Source: Candidatus Undinarchaeota archaeon (GTDB lineage: Archaea; SpSt-1190). Taken from it: a stretch of 21,289 nt of DNA. Where the stretch lies: contig CAZJUS010000012.1 of NCBI GenBank assembly GCA_964549355.1, forward strand, positions 1-21,289, written 5' to 3'. Both the position numbers and the translations under genes were made by a program. The notes beneath the pieces are model-generated. The model saw only the letters and a program-made list of their open reading frames with translations. It ran no database searches and was not told where the DNA came from. Shown one piece after another: positions 6,691-14,489 of the stretch; position 1 is the stretch's first letter, and each line of letters starts with the position of its first letter.

Positions 6691-9600
6691 CTACATATTA
6701 TCCGGGTCCGCAGGAGCTTCGCTCCGGCTCAGCCATTTCTCCTCAGAAAGCACCTTTTCCTTGGGCAGGCTGATAATCCGGCTCATGCCCCTCCGCATAT
6801 AGACCCCGATGATCTGGTCTGCAACCTTGACTATATGGTCGTTGTGGGTCACAATCAAAACCTGGGCGCCTCTCGCCATATCCTTGAGCAGATTGGCGAA
6901 TTTCTCACTGTTGTGCTTGTCCAATGCAGCTTCGACCTCATCAAAAATATAGAGGGGGGAGGGTTTGAAATACTGGATTGCAAAGATAAATGCCAGTGCA
7001 GCCAGTGTTTTTTGCCCGCCGGACAGCGCATCCACAGACAAATCGCGGTCGTTCAGGCGGACAGTAATCAGGACTCCGGAAATGCCCTCCTCATCTTTTT
7101 CAATTTCCAAATCCGCCTCCCCCTTGAGAACGGTCTTGAAGATTTTTCTGAAGTGGCCACGAATGCCCTCAAAGGTCTCCATGAATTTGGCAACCTTCTG
7201 CTGTTCAATTTCATTCATCAATTTTACAATTGCATCTCTCTCCTTGGAAAGCTTTTCGAGTTTGTTCTGGATTTTTTCAACGAGCTCTTTCACTTTTTTG
7301 AAATCTTCATGGGCCCGGAAATTCAACTCGCCCAGCGCTTCGCTTTCTTTTATCACCTTCTGCAAAACTGCTCTGGCGTCCTCCACGGGTTTGATGCCTT
7401 CAAATTCCTTCTGCCTTTCTTCAGTTTCTCTTGCATCATTTTCAAGCTCCAGGATTGTATTTTCGATAATTTTCAAATTTGCTTTTTCTGAATAAATGCC
7501 TTCGCTAAGTTCATTCACTTTATTTTCCAATTTATTTTTCTGCTCAAGCTTTGCTTTAATCTCAGATTCAAGCTTTCCCTTAGCAATGTCATAATCCTTA
7601 AACTGCTTCCTGGCTTGAAGCAATTCCTCCTGGAGTTTTTTGGCCTTTGCCCCCTCCTGCCGGATTGCGACTGCAATTTCCTGCAGGAGATTCTGGACTT
7701 TCCCGATTTCCGGCAGGATAAGGGTTTCAAGAGTCTCCTTGTTGACCCGCAGTTCTGATTCGGCTGAAATCTTTCTGCTTTCCAGGCGCGTCAACTCGTT
7801 GTTTAAATCCTCGAGAACAGAAAAGTTGGGGATGTCGACTTTTTCAACCTTGATGGCTTTGAGCTTTTCCTGCAGGCGGGCCAGTTTTTCTGCGATTTCA
7901 TTCTGCTTTGCCTGGCGGTGCTTCAGCTCGTCCCTCACTTCTTTTTGGCGCGCCTGGACTGCCTCCAAAACACTGTTGTCAACTGTTTTTTTGAGGTCGG
8001 CTTTGAGCTTGAAGGCGGTCTCCCTCAAGGAGTTCAGCTTTTCTTCAGACGCCCGGATTTTATCCGAAACCGCCTTGACTCTCCGCCGGCGATTATCTTC
8101 ACTTTCAAAATCAAATTTTGACGGCGAACCCACCACTTTCAAGCCGTTCATTTTTGACTTGAGCTCCTGAATGGAAACTTTGTCTGAAACTGCAACAGTC
8201 CATAAATTTTCACTTTCAATCAAGGCCTTGAGTTTTGGAAAATCACCGTCCGAAATCCGCGGACTGAAGATGAACGGCGCTACATCCCCCATTTGCTCTT
8301 CGCTTAAAGTGTCGCCGAGCAAAAGAAATCCGGACGATTTGGCTTTTTTTGAGCCGGGTGGCATCCCGCTCGACAATAACTTTTCTTTCTCACTTCTTAA
8401 ACTTTCAACATCATTTTCAAGCGCTTTTATTTCAGCATTCACTTCCCGAAACTTTACTTCGGCACGCTTCTTATTGTCAAACATTTTTTGCCGTTCGGCT
8501 TCAAACAAAAGTTTCTTCTGCTTCAGACGGGCAAGTTCGGCCCGGAGGTTCCTGATGAAATTTTCATGGCTTTCCTTTTCAAGCTCAAGTTCACGGATAT
8601 TCACTAAAATATTGTTTTTTTGTTGCTGGGCTTCTTCAGCCTTCCGTTTTTTTTCGGCGTAATCCTGCCGCAATTTTGAAATCTCAGAAGAAAACTTGGC
8701 TTGTTTTTTCTTCAGCTCGGAAATCTGTGAATTCAAAGCTTCAATCTCCGGACCTTGTGTCTGGAGTGCATTTTCAATCTGCTTCTTCCGGTTGAAAAGT
8801 GCGTCCAGCTGTTCGTTGAGCGATTTCTGCCGGTTTTGGAGGGTTTCGAGGCTTTTTGCAGACGCATCTGCAGAATTTTCAAGTTTTTCAATCTCAAACC
8901 GAAGCTCCTCCACCTTCCTTATCACATCAATTCTTTGGGCCATCCCTTCCGTTTCCATTTCTTCATTGAATTTCTTCAGTTTGGCTTTGCTTTCCGCAAG
9001 CTGTTTTTCCAAATTTGCAATTTTTTTCCGGGTGGCTTCTTTTTCAGATTGCTTTTTTTTGAATTTGGCATTGAGCATTTCCTGCTTTTTAAGAAGCAGT
9101 CCAAGGTGCGCCCTCTTCTCCAACGCTTTCAATTCGTAAAATCTTTCAACCCGTTCACACTCTTCCTTTAGATTACGATAAACCCTCAATCGCTCATCGT
9201 GAACGGCAGTGACTTTTTCAATTTTCATTTCAACCTCATTCAGATCGGTAAGCGCCCGCGTCTTCTTCTTTTCATAAAGTTCAATGCCTGCAATAGTATC
9301 AATCAAATGCTTCCTGCCACTCGGGCTCATCTTCACAAATTTGGTAATGTCCCCCTGCTTGACCATATTGTGACCGTCGGAAAAAATATTGAGGGTGGTC
9401 AGGGCATCAATAACACTCAGGCGGGTGGTTTTTTTACCGTTGATTCTATAGACGCTGGTGCCGTCGCTGAAGAGCTTCCTGGAAATTTTCAAAACAGGCT
9501 CGTCCGATGCCTTCTTTTGGGGGTCGGTGATTTTCAACTCAACAAGGGCCTGGTTGGCGCGGGTGGTTTTTCCAATATACAGCAGTTCTCTGGCCCTTTT

Positions 9601-9783
9601 GGAGCGCATGCTTGAAAAGCTCAGGCTCCCCATCACAAAACTGATGACGTCGATGATGTTGCTTTTCCCCGAACCGTTCGGGCCGACAATGGCTGTAATG
9701 CCTTCATCAAAATTGAAAGTAACGGGATGGGAAAAACTCTTGAATCCCTTGACGCTGACGCTTTCGACTTTTGGAAGTTTCAT
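6691..9783 (-). CDS. smc: SMC-family chromosome segregation ATPase with reduced hinge (1030 aa)
   Basis: GFKSF, Walker A GPNGSGKSN, Q-loop VKQGDI, two long coiled coils, LGELNFRAHEDF neck motif, signature LSGGQK, Walker B/D-loop YIFDEVEAALD, H-loop VTHN. Confidence 0.93.
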   Translation of the reverse strand: MKLPKVESVSVKGFKSFSHPVTFNFDEGITAIVGPNGSGKSNIIDVISFVMGSLSFSSMRSKRARELLYIGKTTRANQALVELKITDPQKKASDEPVLKISRKLFSDGTSVYRINGKKTTRLSVIDALTTLNIFSDGHNMVKQGDITKFVKMSPSGRKHLIDTIAGIELYEKKKTRALTDLNEVEMKIEKVTAVHDERLRVYRNLKEECERVERFYELKALEKRAHLGLLLKKQEMLNAKFKKKQSEKEATRKKIANLEKQLAESKAKLKKFNEEMETEGMAQRIDVIRKVEELRFEIEKLENSADASAKSLETLQNRQKSLNEQLDALFNRKKQIENALQTQGPEIEALNSQISELKKKQAKFSSEISKLRQDYAEKKRKAEEAQQQKNNILVNIRELELEKESHENFIRNLRAELARLKQKKLLFEAERQKMFDNKKRAEVKFREVNAEIKALENDVESLRSEKEKLLSSGMPPGSKKAKSSGFLLLGDTLSEEQMGDVAPFIFSPRISDGDFPKLKALIESENLWTVAVSDKVSIQELKSKMNGLKVVGSPSKFDFESEDNRRRRVKAVSDKIRASEEKLNSLRETAFKLKADLKKTVDNSVLEAVQARQKEVRDELKHRQAKQNEIAEKLARLQEKLKAIKVEKVDIPNFSVLEDLNNELTRLESRKISAESELRVNKETLETLILPEIGKVQNLLQEIAVAIRQEGAKAKKLQEELLQARKQFKDYDIAKGKLESEIKAKLEQKNKLENKVNELSEGIYSEKANLKIIENTILELENDARETEERQKEFEGIKPVEDARAVLQKVIKESEALGELNFRAHEDFKKVKELVEKIQNKLEKLSKERDAIVKLMNEIEQQKVAKFMETFEGIRGHFRKIFKTVLKGEADLEIEKDEEGISGVLITVRLNDRDLSVDALSGGQKTLAALAFIFAIQYFKPSPLYIFDEVEAALDKHNSEKFANLLKDMARGAQVLIVTHNDHIVKVADQIIGVYMRRGMSRIISLPKEKVLSEEKWLSRSEAPADPDNM

Positions 9784-9815
9784 GTTCTGCCCCGCAATTA
9801 CTGATTATCTGCCCC

Positions 9816-10085
9816 TTACTTATTCATTTTGGTGAGTGTAATCACCTGATTCAGCTTGGCCATCACCTTGTCGACAGAAGCCTGAATCTCAGCCTCGGGG
9901 TCTTCGGGGCGCCCTTCGAAGGTTATCCGCCTGTTGCCTTCAAGCAGTTCCGCATAAATTTTCTTTCTGCTTTGAAAAATAGTCAGGGTCAGCTTCGGAA
10001 ATTTAAACACCACGCTTTTCTCAGGCATGCCTTCAAAATTGGATTTCTCGAATCTGATTGCATCGATTACCATAAGAACCATCAT
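9816..10085 (-). CDS. Hypothetical protein (about 89 aa)
   Basis: Fills the gap in a tightly packed minus-strand run; plausible globular composition; no recognised motif; exact start among three nearby Met codons uncertain. Confidence 0.6.
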   Translation of the reverse strand: MMVLMVIDAIRFEKSNFEGMPEKSVVFKFPKLTLTIFQSRKKIYAELLEGNRRITFEGRPEDPEAEIQASVDKVMAKLNQVITLTKMNK

Positions 10086-10096
10086 CCGCCCAGCAT

Positions 10097-10387
10097 TTAA
10101 CCCTTATCATTCCCAATGGCCAGCAGGCGGGGCACCCCCTCAATCACAGCGGCCCGGACAACAAAATAGTCTCCGGCAGTTGCAGGGACGCTTCTGAGAT
10201 TGTGGGTGTATGCACTGCAGTTGTCCAGCAACACCTGCGTGGCCAAGTCTTCCGCCGTTCGAGATTGATTCAGCAATTGCTTTTCATTTTGAATTTCCAA
10301 AACGAAAGAATCAACGAGCCAGTGAAAATTCAGCAGGAGCACCACCATGAAAAGCGGCAGGACTAAAAGGTCGAAAAATGCTTTCAT
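10097..10387 (-). CDS. Small protein with N-terminal hydrophobic helix, possible minor pilin
   Basis: MKAFFDLLVLPLFMVVLLLNF hydrophobic N-terminus; starts 1 nt after the stop of the upstream pilin-like gene. Confidence 0.6.
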   Translation of the reverse strand: MKAFFDLLVLPLFMVVLLLNFHWLVDSFVLEIQNEKQLLNQSRTAEDLATQVLLDNCSAYTHNLRSVPATAGDYFVVRAAVIEGVPRLLAIGNDKG

Positions 10388-10388
10388 T

Positions 10389-10685
10389 CTACAGCCTCCG
10401 GCAGGTCAGATACTCGTATTTTTTTGTGAACGGGTTGAATTTTGCATTGGACAGCCCCTCCAGAACCGCCTCATAATTGCTTGAAAGCCTTCCCGAAAAC
10501 TCAAAAGGGATTCCAAAAGCGGTTAGCTCCTGGATTAGTGAACGGGTGTGATAAACATCAAGACTGTTGTTGAAGTCTTCAAGCTTTTCATATGCAACGC
10601 GAGCCATCCTGCGATACACTGCAAAAAGAATCGAAAAGACGGAGGTCAGAAGCAAAAGCCCCACCAGGAATTCAACAAGCTTCAA
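10389..10685 (-). CDS. Pilin-like small protein with degenerate class III signal
   Basis: MKLVEFLVGLLLLTSVFSILF (Glu preceding a hydrophobic helix); TTG start preceded by GGAGGGG; overlaps the upstream gene by 14 nt. Confidence 0.62.
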   Translation of the reverse strand: MKLVEFLVGLLLLTSVFSILFAVYRRMARVAYEKLEDFNNSLDVYHTRSLIQELTAFGIPFEFSGRLSSNYEAVLEGLSNAKFNPFTKKYEYLTCRRL

Positions 10686-11052
10686 TCAGCACCCCTCCCT
10701 CCACCCGCTCAATGCTCACACATGCTTCTCCTGTGAAGTTCATGATGTCCTGCGGGCACACCCCTCCAATTTCCAAGCTGGACTCGCTGCGGGGGGTCAT
10801 CAACCGCAGAGGGTCCCCGCAGGACACTGCCAGCCACCTCTTTGGATATGTCCTGAAGTCCAGTTTTATCCGGGTCCCGGGAGGCCTGCGGGCGATAAAA
10901 TCAATCCACTGTGAAACGCTGTCCGCGGTTTTCTTGTCTGCAGCAGTTTCCAAGCTGGTTTTTATTGAAGAGTACAAAGTGAAGACGCCCAACAGGTAGA
11001 CCACTGAGATTAAAGTGACCGCCATGAACTCCAAGCTTAATTGGGCCTTCAA
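10672..11052 (-). CDS. Archaeal type IV pilin-like protein with class III signal peptide
   Basis: MKA/QLSLEF followed by hydrophobic MAVTLISVVYLLGVF matches the K-[GA]/Q-x-S-x-E prepilin cleavage motif; TTG start overlaps the upstream TGA. Confidence 0.82.
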   Translation of the reverse strand: MKAQLSLEFMAVTLISVVYLLGVFTLYSSIKTSLETAADKKTADSVSQWIDFIARRPPGTRIKLDFRTYPKRWLAVSCGDPLRLMTPRSESSLEIGGVCPQDIMNFTGEACVSIERVEGGVLIEAC

Positions 11053-11762
11053 TTCAACTCCCTGAGATTCTCCACCAGCGCTTCGACAGTTTTCACATGC
11101 GAAAGTGCAAGGGGTATGCGTTCACGTTTGGCCAACTCAATTGCCAAAGGATCGGGTGAATGTTCAATTCCGTGGAGGATGACTATGCTCGGCCGAAGGC
11201 TTGTCAGCTTTATTGCCAGGATGGGGCTCCTTCCCCGCTTGACATTTGTGAATATCAAAGCTCTTTGGGTTGTAGACCCGTAAATCATTGAAAGCTCAAG
11301 AGGGCTCAATTCGAGAATTGCCTTCACACTGTCAACAACAGTATAGCCATAAACTGCATTGTCCGTTGTTTTCTCGCCAACCAGGAATTCACTTTCTGTT
11401 GCCTTCATAATCTCTTTAATTTTGCGAGGCTCTGTGAATTCTTTGATTGCATAGATTGCCTCAAAAAATTTAGAACCTTCAATCAACTTTCCATATTCTT
11501 TAAGGACGCTCCCGCCGCGCGCATCATCAATTTGAATCAGCCCCTGTATGACCCTTGCAACAAATTTTGTTCCGGGTGATTTCCGGCGTCCAGATTCATA
11601 ATCAGAAATCACCGACGGGCTGACCCGCAGTTTTCGGGACAGCTCCTTTTGGGAGATGTTGAAGATGTCCCTCCACTTCTTGATCATGACCCCTGGATTT
11701 TCGGCCAAAGAAATCTCACCGGCAATGCGGACGGCCAGCTTTTCGTTCTTCACAGACGTCAA
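11049..11762 (-). CDS. Archaeal XRE-type HTH transcriptional regulator with C-terminal DRTGG-like domain (COG1709-like)
   Basis: IAGEISLAENPG..IKKWRDIFNISQKELSRKLRVSPSVISDYESGRRKSPG; YGYTVVDSVKAILE; YGSTTQRALIFTNVKRGRSP. Confidence 0.88.
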   Translation of the reverse strand: MTSVKNEKLAVRIAGEISLAENPGVMIKKWRDIFNISQKELSRKLRVSPSVISDYESGRRKSPGTKFVARVIQGLIQIDDARGGSVLKEYGKLIEGSKFFEAIYAIKEFTEPRKIKEIMKATESEFLVGEKTTDNAVYGYTVVDSVKAILELSPLELSMIYGSTTQRALIFTNVKRGRSPILAIKLTSLRPSIVILHGIEHSPDPLAIELAKRERIPLALSHVKTVEALVENLRELN

Positions 11763-11890
11763 ATGACGTATTGCTTTTAAAATTTTTTATGCTTTTGTCG
11801 GTCTAGACTGCAGTCCGGGGCGCAGCTTTCCGGCACACGCAGAGGAGCCCAACTGCAAAGGTTTTAATAGTTTTGAGCTTTTTGGGTCTT

Positions 11891-12310
11891 ATGAACGAAA
11901 TCAGGGCGAGGGATATCATGAAATCGCCCCTTGTTACAATCGATTCAAAGGAAACAGTCCTGAAAGTTGCAACTCTGATGAAATCCCACGATATCGGCAG
12001 CGTCATAGTTGAAGTCGACGGACGGCTGGCAGGTTTGATAACTGAAAAAGACCTGGTCTGGAGAGTGTTCGCAGAAGAAAAAAACCCAAAAGAGGTGACC
12101 GCCGGCGAGATTATGAGTTCGCCGCTGATCTCTGCAGACATCGACGCCACTCTTTCGCAAATGGCAAGAGCTATGGCGAAAAACAAAATAAGAAGGCTCA
12201 TAATCACCAAGCAGAATGAACCTGTCGGTGTAGTTTCGGAGAGGGACATAGTGAGGGTCGCTCCCGAACAAATCGAGTTGCTGTCGGAATATTTGCGGAT
12301 ACTCAAGTGA
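11891..12310 (+). CDS. Stand-alone CBS-pair protein
   Basis: Two CBS repeats (RDIMKSPLVTID...GLITEKDL; GEIMSSPLISAD...GVVSERDI); ATG 11891 with TTTTAATA at 11862-11869. Confidence 0.92.
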   Translation: MNEIRARDIMKSPLVTIDSKETVLKVATLMKSHDIGSVIVEVDGRLAGLITEKDLVWRVFAEEKNPKEVTAGEIMSSPLISADIDATLSQMARAMAKNKIRRLIITKQNEPVGVVSERDIVRVAPEQIELLSEYLRILK

Positions 12311-12314
12311 TACC

Positions 12315-12836
12315 ATGGCGCCCCAACGAATCTGGACATTCACAAACCTCAACTACACATACGAAGGGTACTATGTCACTGATTTTTATCGGACCCTGTA
12401 CCGTGCCACAGTGGACATGGGGTTCACTGCAACAGAATGGCTCCAGGCCCGGGGCTTCTATGAGGGAGGCACTGAAGCTGTAGTGAGCCGCATCATTGCA
12501 ACGAGGGAATCCGAAACCAAGTATGTCCTCGATGGCATGACCATAAACGCAAAGCTGGTCTGGAAGAATGTGCCGAAGCCGGGGGCTCCGGAAGGGGCCG
12601 AGAATCCGCCGCTGGCCCCAAAAGGCTCTTTCAGCCTCAACGTCAACGGATTCATTGTGCTTGACTATCTGAATGTCTGGGGCAAAAGCCCTATTCTGAA
12701 ACTCTTCTCAGGCCTCCGCGACAATATAATGAGGAGGAGGATGAAGGGCAATCTCACCATGATAAGCAGAAAAGAAGGCGACCAGCTGATAAAGACGCTC
12801 AAAGACTTCGCAAACTTTATCCCGAACATTAAATGA
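12315..12836 (+). CDS. Conserved hypothetical protein (resembles a DPANN-conserved family)
   Basis: ATG 4 nt after the CBS stop; pattern L.YEG....FY..L.....MGF ... KG...L.VNGFIVLDY...W.KSP recalls a hypothetical family of Woese/Pacearchaeota-like genomes (recall only). Confidence 0.7.
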   Translation: MAPQRIWTFTNLNYTYEGYYVTDFYRTLYRATVDMGFTATEWLQARGFYEGGTEAVVSRIIATRESETKYVLDGMTINAKLVWKNVPKPGAPEGAENPPLAPKGSFSLNVNGFIVLDYLNVWGKSPILKLFSGLRDNIMRRRMKGNLTMISRKEGDQLIKTLKDFANFIPNIK

Positions 12837-12875
12837 ACTTGGAAGCTCAAAAAGGAAGGAGCCTGCCTTAAAACT

Positions 12876-12915
12876 GAAACAATTATAAATGCAGGCTTTT
12901 CCAGCTTAATGGTGA
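12876..12915 (+). promoter_or_regulatory. BRE/TATA promoter and Shine-Dalgarno of the histone gene
   Basis: GAAACAA-TTATAAAT (TATA 12883-12890); GGTGA at 12911-12915, 5 nt before ATG 12921. Confidence 0.7.
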
Positions 12916-12920
12916 AAAAA

Positions 12921-13124
12921 ATGACCGAAATACCATTGGCACCCATGAAGAGAATAATTAAAAATGCGGGCGCAGCCAGAGTCTCTGAAGATGCTGCTGA
13001 AGCACTCAGGGAAGTCCTGGAAGACATTGCCCTCGATCTTGCGAGAAAAGCCGCCCAGCTGTCCAAGCACGCCGGCAGAAAAACCGTCACCAAAGACGAC
13101 ATAAAGCTGGCTGCAAGGGACTGA
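12921..13124 (+). CDS. Archaeal histone (HMf family), 67 aa
   Basis: [25 protein letters not shown]...[15 protein letters not shown] is a classic archaeal histone fold; start chosen from the SD position (alternative ATG 12909). Confidence 0.97.
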   Translation: MTEIPLAPMKRIIKNAGAARVSEDAAEALREVLEDIALDLARKAAQLSKHAGRKTVTKDDIKLAARD

Positions 13125-13130
13125 CGCGGA

Positions 13131-13149
13131 ATTTATTTATCTTTTTTTT
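13131..13149 (+). terminator. Oligo-T archaeal terminator after histone
   Basis: ATTTATTTATCTTTTTTTT begins 7 nt after the histone stop. Confidence 0.6.
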
Positions 13150-13193
13150 CAGGAGTATCGCTATACTTTTAATTGTGCAGTTGTAACGCGTGC

Positions 13194-14024
13194 GTGGATG
13201 TGGCAGTTGTTGGGTTTGGGCCTGCAGCCTTGTATGTTGCCGGCAAGCTTGCTGCGGAAGGCTATGACGTTACAGTCCTGGGCAGGCCGTTCGAGGTGTT
13301 TCCGGAATTTGTAACTGCGGAGGCCGTGGACGAGTTCCAGATCAAAGATTTTGTTCTGGAGGAAATCAACCGGATTGCAGTCTTCTCAAAAAAATTCAGG
13401 CTGGCAGAGAAGGATGTGAAAGGTGCAGTGATTGATTCACAATCGCTGGTCAATGAAATGAAACTGACTGCATCAAAGTATGGAGCGGATATTCTGGCCA
13501 ATTCGCAGGTTGCTTTCTCAAAGTCCAAAAAAAAGCTCCGGGTCACATGGCTCGGCAGAAGCATCAGCGCCAGCCCGGACGCAGTGGTCATGGAAGCCAG
13601 CGAAGGCGCCCCCGTCCCGGTTATTGAAGCCTCCCGGGTTCCTGTCAACAAGGACACTCTGGAGTTCTACCAAAAAAACAGTATGTGGGTCCTGCCGGCA
13701 GGGAGAACCGTCCTGATTGAAGGCAGCACTGATTTGTCCTGGCATAAATTCATCAACGCTGCAATCCTCCGGACTGCGCAGATTCACCTGCCCCCCCGAA
13801 GGGCTTTGATTGAGGGCAGCCTGCTCAGGGTCGGCAGGGCGGCGGGCCAGGCTTCGGGGCCCGGATGGATTGTCGAAGAGGGGCTCTATGCCGGAAAACT
13901 GCTTTTCGAATGCCTCCTGGACTATCTGGAGGGGGATGACGGGGCACTCAGAGTCTATGAAAAAATGCCTCAAAAAAGCAGTCTGACAGCTGTTTTGAAC
14001 GGCAGTGCGTCGAAAAATATATAA
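13194..14024 (+). CDS. Divergent, shortened FAD-dependent oxidoreductase of geranylgeranyl reductase type
   Basis: DVAVVGFGPAA Rossmann start, MWVLP remnant, LLRVGRAAGQ (cf. LLVGDAAG). Likely GTG start 13194 with TTTTAATT at 13167-13174. Confidence 0.72.
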   Translation: MDVAVVGFGPAALYVAGKLAAEGYDVTVLGRPFEVFPEFVTAEAVDEFQIKDFVLEEINRIAVFSKKFRLAEKDVKGAVIDSQSLVNEMKLTASKYGADILANSQVAFSKSKKKLRVTWLGRSISASPDAVVMEASEGAPVPVIEASRVPVNKDTLEFYQKNSMWVLPAGRTVLIEGSTDLSWHKFINAAILRTAQIHLPPRRALIEGSLLRVGRAAGQASGPGWIVEEGLYAGKLLFECLLDYLEGDDGALRVYEKMPQKSSLTAVLNGSASKNI

Positions 14025-14047
14025 ACAGCATTTACCACTATAACATC

Positions 14048-14452
14048 ATGACAGTTTTGGAAATCCTCGGGAAGAAGGTTCCATTCTTGGAGGACACTTC
14101 CAAAAAGCTCCGGGAGGCTCCGGAAGGGGACTACACTGAATCCATCCAAACAAAGGTGGAGGGCAGGATTCCGAGATATGCGGGGAACGCGACAGTCAGC
14201 CCCAAAACCAACTATTTTCCTGAAAACCCTGTATGGGAATCACTCTTGGACAATCTGAAAACTGCGACTGAAACAGGATACAACAATGGTGGATTCTACG
14301 GCGTGCCGACTGTAGAAAAATGCTTTGATGAGTACCGCGGAGTCCCCGACTCAATAATCAACTATTGGGGCAAACAGGGTGATAATGTAGTCGGCGGGGG
14401 TATTGAAAGCTACATCCGGATGGAAATGGACAAAATTTCAGCTGATGCATGA
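14048..14452 (+). CDS. Hypothetical protein (134 aa)
   Basis: ATG ORF with strong CGAAAAA-TATATAAA (14011-14025) 23-30 nt upstream; no recognised motif. Confidence 0.7.
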   Translation: MTVLEILGKKVPFLEDTSKKLREAPEGDYTESIQTKVEGRIPRYAGNATVSPKTNYFPENPVWESLLDNLKTATETGYNNGGFYGVPTVEKCFDEYRGVPDSIINYWGKQGDNVVGGGIESYIRMEMDKISADA

Positions 14453-14489
14453 GCCGATTGGTTTTTAAACCGGCAAAAACCCGTTTAAG

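Noticed and set aside
6130..7491. 453-aa plus-strand ORF
   Set aside because: Antisense shadow of smc and the phosphoesterase gene; no motifs, F/L/I-rich as expected opposite K/E codons.
6691..9783. Rad50/SbcC or Wadjet JetC identity
   Set aside because: No CXXC hook; Walker A, neck and D-loop motifs are canonical Smc; no JetA/JetB/JetD-like neighbours recognised.
9816..10085. ScpA/ScpB or other SMC accessory identity for the 89-aa ORF
   Set aside because: Too short and no kleisin or winged-helix motif recognisable by eye.
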